Positions 29,401 to 43,326 of a stretch of 64,000 bases of DNA are shown piece by piece (positions within the stretch are counted from its first letter, which is position 1; every line of letters starts with the position of its first letter). The notes under the pieces are model-generated. The model did no database searches and was not told the origin of the DNA. It saw nothing but the letters and a program-made list of their open reading frames with translations. A program made the translations under genes and the position numbers. Source of the DNA: Podarcis pityusensis (taxonomy: Eukaryota); NCBI GenBank assembly GCA_964106645.2, contig OZ067043.1; one strand, written 5' to 3'.

Positions 29401-30409
29401 GCAAAAAGAATAGGGCAGAAAGGTTTTTGTAGTGTGGGATAGGACAGGGAGGAATTTAACAGGATTTGGAACAGCCAGATGGCGAATGCTGGCATAGGCA
29501 GACATGCCGGTGGAAGCAGGAGCAGAGTGCAGCCCATCCCACACAGCTTGCATAGAAGGCGCTAAGACACATTGTGCCCCTCCATTGCATGCTCCCTCCA
29601 CTCCACACGCCCAGGGGGTCCTCTCTCCATTACAACCTCACCCTGGTGTTTCCCCTTAAAGGGACACGCCACTTTTTTTTTTTTAATGAGGGAGCTGTAA
29701 AAATAATAAAAAATAATTATTATAATTATAAGGGGGAGGGTTCGTGACTCTTTTTTATACAGCTTAAAATAATAATATTAATATTAATAAAAATAAAAGA
29801 ATAGCAGCACAATGTGGGAGGAGTTTCCCCACACACAAGTTGAGTCCTGTTCTCTCCATGGGAGGGTCAGTGTTTGGGCGATTCTCTCGCCCTGCCCCGA
29901 TGACAGCCATGAGATGGTTCACACAGCATATGGGGAATTGTCACTTTCATTTTCCAGGTTCAATGGGATTGGAAGTTTCCCTGTCTGCAGGTGAGTGGAC
30001 ACAATGTTATCTGGGCTATCACAGTCCAATGTAAGGATGCAAACTAGGGATGTTTTGAAGCCAGAAGTCCTGGTAACCAAGAAACCCAGCATGTTTTTGG
30101 TGGCAGATAACACCTAGAGAAACAAGGCATGGGAAAGTGGAGTACCAGGTGCTGAGAGATTCTCCCATCAACCTTTTCACGGCAGTAGCTCATCTGGCCT
30201 CCTTGCTCCAGTTCCCAAAGGCACTGTCTATGTCTACAGTTGTTTAAACACAGTGCAAGAGCTTCCAGGTATCCATCCTGCTTCACAGTCTGTGGTGTGT
30301 GTATGTGTGAACAATCTGGGCCCCTGACCCCACCAGGGATACTGTGCACATCCCATCCCTGAGGCAGGAGTTCTAGACCCAAGGTCTTGGGCCTGGCAAA
30401 AGTGAAATG

Positions 30410-30823
30410 CTAGTGCCTCTGGTCTAGGCTCTGCAGTTCCAAGCTGTTGGATGCGTCTTTACGAGGCTCCTCAGGTCCATCAGATTCAAAGCCCTCGTGT
30501 GTGTAGCCCCGGCATGAGCCAGGCAGGGGTGGGTGCAAGGCCAGCATCACTGAGGCAGTGGCTGTAACTGTGGTGAAGGTGCCACCGGATGCAGGAGGCG
30601 GCACTTTGGTACTGTGGACAGTAGGGTCGGTCCGAGGGGGGTTGGGGGCAGTCTGAGCCAGCCGAGGCCTTTGTTTGTGGTTTGGCTGCTCTTGCTGCTG
30701 TGAAGCGTCTTTGACTTCTGTGACAGTGGGTGGCAAATGTCCTCCAGGGGTCACAGTTTGGGTCCAGTCTGGGCTGCACAGCGACAGAGGCGATTCGAGG
30801 CTAGTCTTGTAGCTTTTCACCAC
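30410..30823 (-). CDS. PTCH2: PTCH2 exon 23 (last coding exon)
   Basis: VVKSYKTS...[19 protein letters not shown]...[10 protein letters not shown], then TAG. Confidence 0.88.
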   Translation of the reverse strand: MVKSYKTSLESPLSLCSPDWTQTVTPGGHLPPTVTEVKDASQQQEQPNHKQRPRLAQTAPNPPRTDPTVHSTKVPPPASGGTFTTVTATASVMLALHPPLPGSCRGYTHEGFESDGPEEPRKDASNSLELQSLDQRH

Positions 30824-33800
30824 CTGCCCAGGAAAGGAAAGGCTGATGTTAGTGTATTGGATATGGAAGGGAAGAAGGCAACAACACAAGTGCAGTTGGC
30901 ATGGAGTCCTTGTGACAGCAACTTTCAAACCATAAAGCAGCAAATTCAGTAAGAAGAATCTGAAGCACAAAGAGAGTGAATTATGTTGCCCTAAGGTACT
31001 AAAGAGGAGACTTCAACCACTGTACATCTGTCACGGATGCTTTAGCTGAGATTCCTGCATTACAGGGGGTTGCTCTATCTGTTTTAACTCCTGGGACCTG
31101 GGAATAGAAGCTAGACTCCTATTACCCCATTATACATTACTATAGCCACATTGCACCCCAAAGATATGCTCCAAGGTGCTATGGTCTGTCTTTCCCAGAG
31201 ATCCTAGGAATTTTGTCTCACAGAGACCTGCCCACCCCAGTCCAGTGCCTATTGACATACTAGCATAAGAACAGAAACAAACATTCCTGGTTTTCTTCTT
31301 GCCTTGCCTCCCAACTCATTTGGGGACACTATCTTTACACTTGAACTAGAATCCAGCTGCCTTTGAATGCTGAGACCACTCTCTCTATCCAGAGAAACCA
31401 GAGTTCTGGCTTCCCCGGCTCTTGATGGGCACTTACAGTGATCTTGGGGAAGCTGGGGCTTTTGCTGGCCTTGACCAAGATATGCGATTGCGCTGGGGGG
31501 ATGATGTAGGTGCTGCGGTCATCTTCACCCGTGTCTGATGCTCCTGTGCTCTCTGAATAGTACTCGGAGTCTGAGGAGTCACCAAAGGCTCCACCGTGCC
31601 GCTGTACGTAGAAGCTGTGGTGGCTGATGGGTGGGGGGACAGGGGACGGTGTCGGCAGGCGGCTACCGTTATCTGCTGGTGTGACCTAGATGAAAAAAGC
31701 AGAAAGCACACTGAGAAAACAGGGTGTCAAATAAAGGGTCTTTGTGCATGATCCCTGAGAGGCACAGGCTTTCCATTCATTGTAGTGAATCCTGAAATCT
31801 ATTGATAGCAGGTGAAGCCAAGACCTATGTTCTATTACGACTTGTGTGACTGTTCAAGCACTTCACCTCAATCTGGCAGTGGGTTTTGACAGTGAGATAT
31901 AGGACCCCTTCTGCTTTTCTCTATGGTTCTCCACTAGAGCAACCTGATGGGAAACAGAAGTTTTCTTACCTCTGCAGGTGGTCCAATGATAGACAGCAGG
32001 ACAGGCAGCAGCACCAAGCCATTGAGCAGTCCCAGAATGGTCAGGATGGTGAGCACAGCAAAGAAATACCTTTGGGGGGAGGTCAAGGTGGTTAGTAATG
32101 GTCAGATTTGTCATTTGTGCAAATCATCTGCGTACAATAGAACTTTAGGATGAAAATTAGTTACTGCTCTGTATATTTTTCTTTCCCATCCCAGGAAGCT
32201 GAGATGCAGCACAGTTCTGCGGCCTTTGTGAAGAGGGAGGGTTACTTATTTACCCAGGTGGCAGTAAAGCATCTCAGCCTCTTATCAGGGCAGCCAAGTA
32301 TAGAGTTAGTTCACCAGCACACATTCATTTACATTCTCTTGCACACTCATTACTGTTACACCCATGCACTGACAAGTGCTATCCCTCAGTCTCAGCTCAA
32401 GGTTGCTCCCTACAGAAGATAAGAGCGTCCCTTTCTCTGAGCCAGCACACTTGCAGAGCTCACAAGTCTTAGCTGCCATATGGCAAAGTGTCAGAGAAGG
32501 AATAAATTTCTTGTAGAATGTCTTCCCCTCAACCCATTGTAAGTTGTGGTCTTGAACAGGGAGATTTCTCCAAATTTGGCAGAATGTACCAGTGCCCCTC
32601 CAGGGCTGCCTTGAACCCTATTAGATTCTGCCTTTATATCCATTCTTGATCAGTGAGACCTTCAGACCTATTGCCCCATGTGGTGTTACCCAAATTCCCA
32701 ACAGATGTCAAGAAAGACAATTTCCCATTCTCTAGCCATTCCTTTTACTGATACCTCTGGAAATGGCCCCCAGCACATTGGTCCAGAGCACCACCAGAAT
32801 AGGTATACCAGGGGAGAAGAGAGACACATGACAATTACCTCAGAATGAAATCGAACTCTGAACCAGCTAGCATAAGGACGCCAAGCAACGTGGAGACAGC
32901 ACCATCCATCACAGGGGCAAACATGTGCTCTAGGGCCACAGTAGTGCGCAGGTTCCGGTTGCCAATGGCCGTGAGAAAGCCCTGAGAAAAGACGAACAGT
33001 CAGAATGCGACTAAAGAGAGTGACTTGTCCAAGCAGACTGGGAAAAAGAACAAAAAGCTAAGCCCAAATCTGTTCTTGCGCACTGAGTCGGCTGGTATTG
33101 CCAGAGCTGGAACAGGCTCATCTTGAAATGACAGCTTGGACTCTGCTTTTCATACCATACACAGCTATTTCATTATATTCAGCACTAATTAAAAGAACTG
33201 CCAACCCTTGGGTGCTGCACCCACAATTATGGATTAAATTCTGCTCTGACCACCCAGACTGCAACAGGGTGATATTAAGGGATATTAAGGGGGTAATGAA
33301 CCCACAATTTATTGATTCTCCCTTATAGACTGCACTACTGATCAGGTTTGATACAACAGATAAAAACCTAATAATCTAAATGTTCTGGTTGGGTGCCACT
33401 AAAGCTATTTGAATGTATATCGTTGTAATATCACACACCAAGTTCTCTGGTGTGAAAAAGAGCTCTTGAAAACTCTGCAAGGGTGTTCAGGGAACCCTAT
33501 TCCTTTCAGTATGGACCCACAGAGCTTCAAAAAGAGGAAGTCTCACTGAATCACATGCTCTAGACACGGTAGCAGAATGGGCTGTGCTCACACAATTGCT
33601 TCTTACCAGAGCCACATGTACGGTGAATTCCACACCAATTCCCACAGAGGCGATGAGGATGACTACTGGGATGGCACTCAGCTTGATGCCCATCAGGCCC
33701 ATGATCCCAAAGAGCTCGACTGTCATCATAGCTAGAACGAATACCTACGTCAGAGAGAAGGGACAGCTCAGTATCTTACCTGCAAGCTATGGTTATGGAC

Positions 33801-36800
33801 ATGTCAATTACAGCAATGAAAAAAGCCCAATGTAGAGGTTAACAGGTAGATTAAGAATAGGTACCTACAAATCCATATGCTCATATGTATGTAATTTCTG
33901 AATTCAGAACTAATTCAGAAAATGCATACATCTCATTGTGGCACATGAATTATTAGTTAACAGTAATCACCCAACCACTACTACCATGCCTGTTTGATAC
34001 CTTGATTGTTAATTAATTAATTAATATTTATTTATGTATGTATGTATGTATGTATGTCTGTATTTGAGCTGCATTATACGCTTTTGTATGGTAAACAGTA
34101 GGGGTATGGGACTGTGCACACACTAGCCCTAAAGGTGGCTAAGGATGCAAATATAATAGAGCACCTGCATGTTAGTGTGCAGGCTTAACTCTTTCAGCAC
34201 TGTGGAAAGAAGCTTGAGGAGAGAAAAAGATATTTACTTTTTGCTGCAAAGGTAAAGCTCTACTTTACACTCTATCTGGTAGCAGATGTGTGTTTACTAT
34301 TGCATCTGCATACAGTGGGAATTGGTCTCATTCCCAGCTCCTTGGTGCGTACACCTGTACAATACATACATGGTGTCTGTTGTGTGCCAAACCTTAATAC
34401 GTTTATGGGAAAATATGCGCATGTTCATGTTTTTTTAAAAAAGAATATGAGAAGGTACGAAAACATTCCAGACTTGCAACAAAACACTCAATTTCTGCAG
34501 AATAAATTCTGCAAACTACTGCAGCAAGTTTTTTTTTTAATGTATTACAGTACAGCTGCACAGTTTTGAGTTTGGGCAGAACCTGAATGATTTAAAATGG
34601 TCTTTGGTATTGAAGGAAAACCTTTTAGGACACTATGTAAGGCAAGGGAGACGGAAAGGCAACTGTGCAGAGATTACAGGAAGCATCGCACTAATTCTCC
34701 CCCACTCCCATTTCCAAATTTCCTGTCCTAAACATGAGAGCCAAAAATACTGATTTAACTAACAGTGACAGTGTTTGATGACCATTTCCCTTGTTGCACA
34801 ATGCCATATTGCTACTACATATAACGTCTGGAGCTAAAACATCTCCCTTACTGCTAGACACCCTGTTGCTCATGAAGAAGGATACTCACAATGATACTGG
34901 CAGTCCAAGGATTGAGGAGTAGCAGGGTGCACACTAGAAAAGTGCAGGCCAACACAATACTGATGGCCTGTAGAAGCCAGTGTCGAAGGCCAATGTACTG
35001 CTCCCAGAAGAGGAAAGGGTAGCCGCTAGGGTAGCTGAGGACACCATGCGTCTGGGCCACCTCGTCACAGATAGCACGCACACTCTCGATGGCTGCCACG
35101 AAGTCTGATGTCTGCCGCAGTCCATTGAGGTAGAAGGGGAACTGAGCAAACTCCAGGGGCTGTGCAGCAGGGACTGTCAGAAAGAGAGGCAGCCCATCAG
35201 ATATAGTGGCCTTCTGCCCCCTACTCCCATCTCTAGGGCCAAAAATGAATTGCTTCCTTTGCCCATGTGCCAGGCATGGCTTGCAAATGTGGGAAACATA
35301 CATCGTAAGGATTTCCACTGTGGAATTGCCATAGAAGTGGGGATAGGACTGAGCTGAAACAGTAATGCATGATGGAAAGTGGAACAAGAATGAGGCTGCT
35401 GCCTGAACTCACTTCGAAGGTTCTCGCCAGTGGCATCGTATTTGTCATGGATCCATTCCGGGGGTGGTGGGTAAAAGTTGGCTTGAGATGCAGCAAAGCC
35501 AAGAGGGTCGTTGCTCACCCACACTGTCAAACAGATGTAGAAGATGTCAGGAGGAATGATCCCATTCTCATCCACCAGGCGGCGAGTTGTCAGCTGTAGG
35601 CAGATGGAAGGGATGCAGGGCGGTTAAGAAGTATAGCAACTAATAGTAAGTAGTAGCAGCGGTCAGGGTGCTACTGGACAGGTGCTATCATTTGGCAGGA
35701 AATAGGGCTGAGCCCCCTGCTTGGGCACCAGCTGGCCATTCCCAAAGCCATGTAGATCTCATGTGTTCCTCCATCTCCAAGGGACCCCAAATGCCAATGG
35801 GAAAGCTTTCTCTCCTCTCCATTCTTTTGCAGTGGGGATCTATCTCCTCCTTCCCTCCTGGTACACCAAGGACTCACCCTTAATTCTCATGGCACACTGG
35901 GTTCTCTTTGCCTGCCCACTCCCAACTTTTAGATTGCTCCCCCACTTACTTGATTGAGGTTTAAGGGTTCTTTCTTGTTGCCTGTCTGGATGAGGAGCTT
36001 GTAAGCCAGGGCACCATCTTCTGATCCATTGCGGTAATTCTCCTTGGTGATATGCCCAGCTTCCCAGTCCCGGTCAAAGGCTACCTGTAGACCTGCACAA
36101 CAGGGGAGTAGACAGGTAAGGGAGTGCCATCTGTGGAACCCAAGGCCCAGAAGCAAGAGCTCCTCTCACTAGCTATGCCAATCCCTTCCCCTCTTTCATG
36201 ACCTCCACCCCTTTGCCGTTTAACTCAGATCTCTCAGCCCCTGCCGCATGTTTCTGTCCCTACTTTAGAGGAACAAGAACAGAGCTGGTAATCCTAGAAG
36301 GCAGAAGGGCACATGTACAACTGTGCAAGTGAGCATGTACACAAACATTTATATTTATTTATTGAATTTATATAGAATTTATATACTGCCCCATACCCAC
36401 GGGTTCCAGGGTGGTTCACAGAATATAATCAGAATATAAAAACTACAAAATGCATAATCAAAATAAAAACAACAACCCTATAACCCCAACACATTTTTAA
36501 AGGGTAAAGGATATCAATCAAATCAACCAAAGGCCTGGTTAAATAGCAACGTTTTTGCCTGGCGCCTAAAGGTGTATAATGAAGGTGCCAGGTGAACTTC
36601 TCTGGGGAGAGCATTCCACAGATGGGGAGCCACTGCAGAGAAGGCTGTAAACAGTGTTTGCCTAAATGGATGTGTGTATAAGATGAAGAGCTTCTGGTTC
36701 CTTAGAAGCTAAAAATTATTTATAGCACTTATGCTGAACATGGTTGTGAAACAGACATTGATGCTTTCCTTCCCTGGAAGCAGCTGGCCACTAACACCTC

Positions 36801-39800
36801 ATCCAAACTCCCATGCATCTTCTAGCCTTTAAGCATCCTGCACAGAGAGCTGGAGGAGGGCATCCCACCCCACTTCTTGGGGCAGAGGCAGTGCAGGACA
36901 GGAGAGAGTGTCCTTGACTCACCTCGCAGCCAGTCCTGGAGGTAGTGCAGCCACATCTTCGGCAACTGGCGGTTCTCATCACGCACAACATACTGGATGG
37001 TGGTGAAGGCCTGGTGCAGGTTGTAGAGGGCCTCCTGTGAGCTGGGGTAGTCAAAGCCACCCTTTGTAACCACAAACATGTTATAAAAGGAGAAGTATTT
37101 GAACTGAGCTGAAATGAAGGCGTGCTCCTTTGTGCCTCGTGGTAAAATATCCGTCAGGTAGAGTCCATCATGCACCTTGGTTGTACCGTAGAGGCTCAGG
37201 CCCAGCAGTGCCAGGAACAGGACTACAACAATTCCCTGGAAATGCAGAAAGGAAAGAGTGAAGACGGATGCACACAGACCCCAATCTCTTCTGCAGAAGC
37301 TAACTTTTCCTCTGTTGCTGTCAGGAGACTTGACTTAACAAACATAGGGAGAATGGAAGAAAATCTGTGGACAGTGGACACAGTGGACAGCCAGATGTTT
37401 ATGAAAAGCAAACAACTGCTTGGGGGCTGGAACTGCAACCACCCAGCCCCACTTCCTAGTCCCTACAGTACGTGTAGGGTATGAATTGCCCCTAATGGAG
37501 TTTATATCAACATGTGCCATATTGTGGGAGTATGGAGCATACTTGTAAGGCAAGAGAATCAATAATGACAGGTAGGGAGTTTTCCATGCAAGGGGACACA
37601 TAACACACACATATATTAACCTTGAGAACATAGTTCTTTTGACTCTGTACCTGGCCCTCTCTCTCTCTAAAGGTAAACACACACACAATATCTAAGATCA
37701 TCTAGATTATCTGTGACTGACACAGCCACTTCATCTGGAATTACCCAAGGACGATGCAGAGCCTTCATACCTAACTTCCTAGATGTGTAAAAATAGACTA
37801 GGAAAGATGTACAGCTCTTGTCTTTGAATGACTACACGGGACATGCAATCTTTGCCCCTGATAGGCGGGGCACGGGGAGAGCAGCAACATGTCCTCATAT
37901 AGGATGACATGCACAATGACTACATTTCAAATTGGTTCTCTCATCTCCGAGAAGAACAGGGAGCTTTAGTTCTCCATTGGCTGTAGTGCTGGCATCACAG
38001 ACTTGCTACCCAGGATGCTGTACTCCCCCCCCTTCTTTCAACATAGTGCACAATGCCACCCACAAAGAAAGTGATTCTCAGCTGCTTACCTTGGTCTGGC
38101 TCTGCAGCAGGATAGGTGCATATTTGTCGCGAGCAAAGCTGGAGAGGTTCCAGTGACAAAGGGGCAACGGCACACACTCCTGGGCACTTTTGTTCTCATC
38201 CAGCTGTGCCAGAAGATCACGGGTGGAGCTGGCAGGGGTGAAGACTTGCGACCCCAAAGGGTTGGCAGGCAGGAGAGTGGAAGGGGTGGTATAGACATGC
38301 TGGGTGGGTGGTAAGATGGTGACCACATGACGCCCGGAGGGATCGCACTGAGTGAAGGCCTGAACCGTAGTGGTGATGCGTGTGCTTGTGGTCAGTGCTG
38401 GATGTCCATGCGGGAAAGCAGGTGCCATGGGGTTGTCATTTGCATCCGTGTATTCCTGTGGCTGAATCTGGATGACGTGGGAGGAGCAGAGGCTGTGGGG
38501 AGAAGAAGACACTGAGAAACTGCTGGGCAACACACAGTCCCCTAGCCAGCCAGGCATCCTAACTCACACCCAGCATCTGGATATAACTATCACAAAAAGT
38601 TCCATTTCTCTTGGTGAGCAGATAGAGATACCCTTCACAATGTCTTTAAAGGGGCTTTTCAGAGTATGCTGATTTTATGTGCAGTTTGATGTGCATTTTG
38701 ACTTGTTCTTATAGACAAACTTTTACCATAATAAAGGAATGTGTTTTTCAAAATGTTGTTGAGAGCACTACCATCTGTGCAGCTGGCTTTGTTCTCTTGC
38801 TGTTTTACTTACAGCTGCATTTGATCCTCTCTTCTTGGGCTTAATGACTTTTCCAAACCACTGCCCCCAATTGCAGCATGCGTCTCCTCTCCTGGGAGAT
38901 CTGATGGAGCCCAGCCTAGCCAGGGAGAGCGCAGTACTGCCCCAAAGGAGAAGGGACTCTTTTTTGGGGGGGGCAACTGTCTCTCCACCACCAGCAGCTA
39001 CACATATTTATTTATGGACAAACAAACAAACAAACAAACACTCTTAAGACAGTACCTGTAGAAACAACACAGAATATCAAGCCTCTTGTTTTCACGCCGG
39101 TGAAGGTCCAGACTCAGAATGGCAGGAAAAATGAAAAGCACCATGGCAAAGTTGAACACTACCACGACAGCAGCCTGCAAGGAGATGAAGGAGGGAGAAC
39201 AATTAAACATGCTGAAGATCCTGAGCCAAGTCACCCTCTGTATAAGGAGGGGCATCTATCCTTCAAGGGGAGGGATCACCCAGCTTTCCAGCCAAGGCCA
39301 TGGAGACTGGGGGCACAGCTACCTCCAGAGTGGAAGTGAAGGCTTGCCTGCAGTGAGATTCAAAGAAAATGCAAATGTGCATAAGCACAGTTTGCTGACA
39401 AACCTGCACGGAGGAGCTCCTAGCAGAGGGGCTTACCTGCAGAGAGAAGGCACGCAGTGCTGGGATGGGCACAAGAGCAGCCATGAAGAAAGCAATCATA
39501 TTATTGACAGAGGTGAGTGCCACACTGGTGCCACTGCGGCGCAGGCATTCCCCAGTCCGCTCCTGCATTGAAAAGGTGCAAATGAGGAACCGTGAGAATA
39601 GAGTTGAGGACGGGTTGAGCGTGCACTGGCAATGCATAGGGACTCAAAAGCTTGTGCAAAAACAGGGAACCTTCTTACCTTGACAGGGACGTGCTGGCTG
39701 GTCTCTGTGAAGGCATGTGCCAGCAAAAACATGTCATCCACACCAATGCCCAGTGCCAGAAAGGGCAGCACCTATACAGATATGGAGGAAAGCACAATGG

Positions 39801-42800
39801 GAGGAATCCCAATTAGAGGAGCACATCCAGGACTTGCTCAAATCCCACAAAAGTAGAAACAGATCTCAGGCTGCAAACTGTGACTGGAAGGCACCACAAA
39901 TTCTTCCTTTTGCTGTTATACTCAGGCTCTAAATGATTCTCATGTTAACCAAAGTCAGGTTGGTTGGTGACTCTGGCGGGCTTTTGCTTTCTGCTAACAC
40001 ATATTTGAGTCACCTGCACCTGGTTTATTAGGCTTCTTCCTTGCCTTGCAGGCACCTTAGCTGAGGCTCTCTTTGTGGCATACTCCTAGACTGTACCTGC
40101 CTCGGTACAAATGGACAGTTTTTTTTAAAAAAAACTCAGCTGCTAGGGAATATGCAGTATCGTATATTCCTCTGGAACTTCTGAACAAGAAACAGCATGT
40201 AGGCAGCTAGAGTGATCTGATTGCTGAAGGCAGCACGATGGTCATTGGAAACTCAGGAACAGCCATGCACCTGAAGGTCAAGTGCTCTCTACAACAAAGC
40301 ATCTTCTAATGCCAAGCAGGGATAGAGAGGCAGAACATAACCTCAGCATTGCATAACCTGAGAAATTGATGGAGTAGACAGTTCTCCTGCTTGCTGAGCA
40401 AAGAGGAGGGGAAATTGACGGAGAACAAAGGGTGGGCATTAGGGAAGGCAGACCTCTCCAAAATGTGGCTTACCTGGGTCGTGGCTGCATTGAATGAGAT
40501 TCCTAGCAGAGAACACAGTCCAAGTCCTGCTGCCACGGAAAGGGCAACCAGAAGAACCCCAGCCAGGCCCACAGCACCCTGTGATTTGGAACAGTCCCAA
40601 CGCAGCATGGTGACACAGGCATACGCCAGCTGCAAGTGGAGGAGAATGAGACGGCAATTAATGAGAAGAAAGGCAAGGATGGAAAAGCTATGCTTTAGTA
40701 CACAATGGAAGATAAAGGAATAGGAGGGAGGGAGGAGAGGGAAGAAGCTGCTACACACCATCAGCAGGTACCCGCCAGCCACACGGATGGCGCTCACATC
40801 TGAGAAGGATTTCATGATGTCATCGAGCGTGGTGGTGGAGAAGGCATGGATAGTCTGGGAGGAATTCGCAGGGAGGGATTCCTGGGCCAACTGCAAAGAA
40901 GCAAGACTCATGAGATACTGGGAGGAGAAGAGTCATCTCAGTGGCTGGGATCCTTCTCACATACATAAATGCATCCACAGGATCCATCTATGAGCCAGGC
41001 ATAGGCATGAAGGCTCATAGGCATGAAGGAGCCTATATGCTGCTATACATGTCATGTAGTAATACCAAGCAAGACAGAAAACTGTACAGGGTCCATACAC
41101 TCAATTCAAGAACAACTGGCTATGCTTTCACCCTATAAATTGTTTTTCATGCCATTCTACATGCTCGTAAGCATTCATGGTGGCACCCAACCTTTTTACA
41201 CTGGCAGGTGCATATTTGCATGCAGCCCTACATAATATTCTGCTCCTCACTGACAGACCTGCATGCAGTTTTGCCCGTCATCTTTCTAGCATCTTCCCTT
41301 CCACGCACACACTTTTTCAGCCTTTTGTAGACGCATTTGTGTCTTCACCCTTGCACACACCTGCATCAAGCAGCCCTGGAGTTCCCACACAGATGCCACA
41401 AACCAACCTGTCCGTCTCACCTCAACAAACTCCCGCTGCCAGGCCTCCAGCACAGCAGCTGCCTTCTCCTCACTCCAGCTGATGTCGTGTATCTCATAGT
41501 CATCCCGGTAGTGCTCAAAGAGCTGTCGTGGGCTCATCAACAGGAACATGCTTTGTAGGGCTTCGGCTCTGCAGGAAACAGAAGCTGGATGAGAGTCAAC
41601 CCTTACACTCACAGTCAAGGAGGCAGGGCTCCTTTCAGCTCTGGAACTAGAGCCTTTAGGCCCCATTGCTCCCCCACTGCCCAGGCTCAAGGCAGAAACC
41701 AAAAGCCTGATTTCTGCTTTCTTTATCTCACAGTCAGCCCTCATTCTGTGCACACTTCTTTCACAAGCCTACTTATGGGGCTTTTTTCAATTGAAACAGG
41801 TGGCTAGCCACCCCTATCAAAAAGGTATGCAAAAGGTATGCATGCCATGTCGATCAGCTGCCATGGAAAACAAGTCACTGACTAATGTTCCACACAAAAC
41901 ATGAGAAAAACCAATAGGCTTTCCCAGCAGACCTGTGATTGTAGCAGATCATTTGCATAGAAAGTTCACCATGTATACATCCCAATCTATACACAACAAG
42001 AAAAGCCTGCATGTATTGTGTTCTAGAAATGCATGAAAAGTGCTGGAAATGGCTGCAGATGCACCTCCCTGTAATATCAGAAGCACATCTCTTTCTTCTG
42101 CCTGAGCCTTCCAACTTTAAAAGGTGAGGATCTTTTCTCCCATTTTCTGGCTGCTTCCCATTTTCTGACTGCTTCCTTGCATGGGATTTTAAAACCAAAG
42201 CAAGGCGATGTATCGCAGCAATAACCCTTGCCCCCAATCTATTGCCCATTCCTTAGCCATTTTTGCAGCTCTTTGCCTTGTGAGATATGGAAGGGTTCAG
42301 AGACACAAGAATTCCCCTCTGAAGAACAATGGTTTTTAAAAGCTGACACCGATTATGACACTGCCCCCACCAGCATGCAGAACGTGCCCCACCATGCCAA
42401 AACAGAAGGTATGGCAACCTGTAGAACAGATAAGTGCAGGTGCCAGCACAGTGCAGACTTGTGTGGAATCAACTTCCCAATGTGCATTTGAGCCCCTTTC
42501 TAGGATCAGGGCTGCGGATTGCTGCAAGCAGGTGTCTGTGCTGTGTCTTCCAGCATCCACGGCAGCTGGAAGGAATTGGGGTGGGGGGAGGTGGCTTCGG
42601 GAGGCAAGGGGTGATGGCAGCCAGAGCTTCAGGGATCAACATAAATCCCAAGGCTTAGGAATGCCCAAGCCAGTTGCTCCTAGGGTCAGGTCGCGGACAT
42701 GCACCCACGAGAATATGAACCTCAGTGGCATCAAGTTACAAGCTGGCTCAGGAGGCAGTTTACTACCACCCCCAACTGTGAAAGGGGTAGCAGCGAGAGT

Positions 42801-43288
42801 CCAAGCAGTTCCCAGGAGCCACACTGTCCTCTCCCCTCACCATTCAAACACAACATTTATGACTTTGTCCATCCTTTTTAATTGGCCCTGCTTGCAGGGA
42901 AAAGCCATCTGCTCTGCATAAAGAATTCCTTAGCTACTGAGTTATTCCTGGCCAAAGACCTCTGACCTGACAGGCACACACGCCACACAAACACACACTT
43001 ACCCCTGCAGTTTGCCCTGGGAATCCTTCACGGTGCCACCCAGGATCAGTTCCTCTTCCCAGTGCATGTATTTTCGTGAGAAGCCATGGCAGCCACCTGT
43101 GAGCTCTGAGGGGATGTCTGGTTCCTGGTGGAGACAGCAAGAATGGAATGTAAAATAGCAGCATAAACTCCAGACATAAGCACAGGTATTTTAGATGCAT
43201 ATTAAGGACACCACTATAGCCCCATCTCCTGCTTTTCATGGAGGAAGAAGTATCTTTGCACACTTCTGACTTGTGCACTGTGTACATT

Positions 43289-43326
<38 letters not shown>

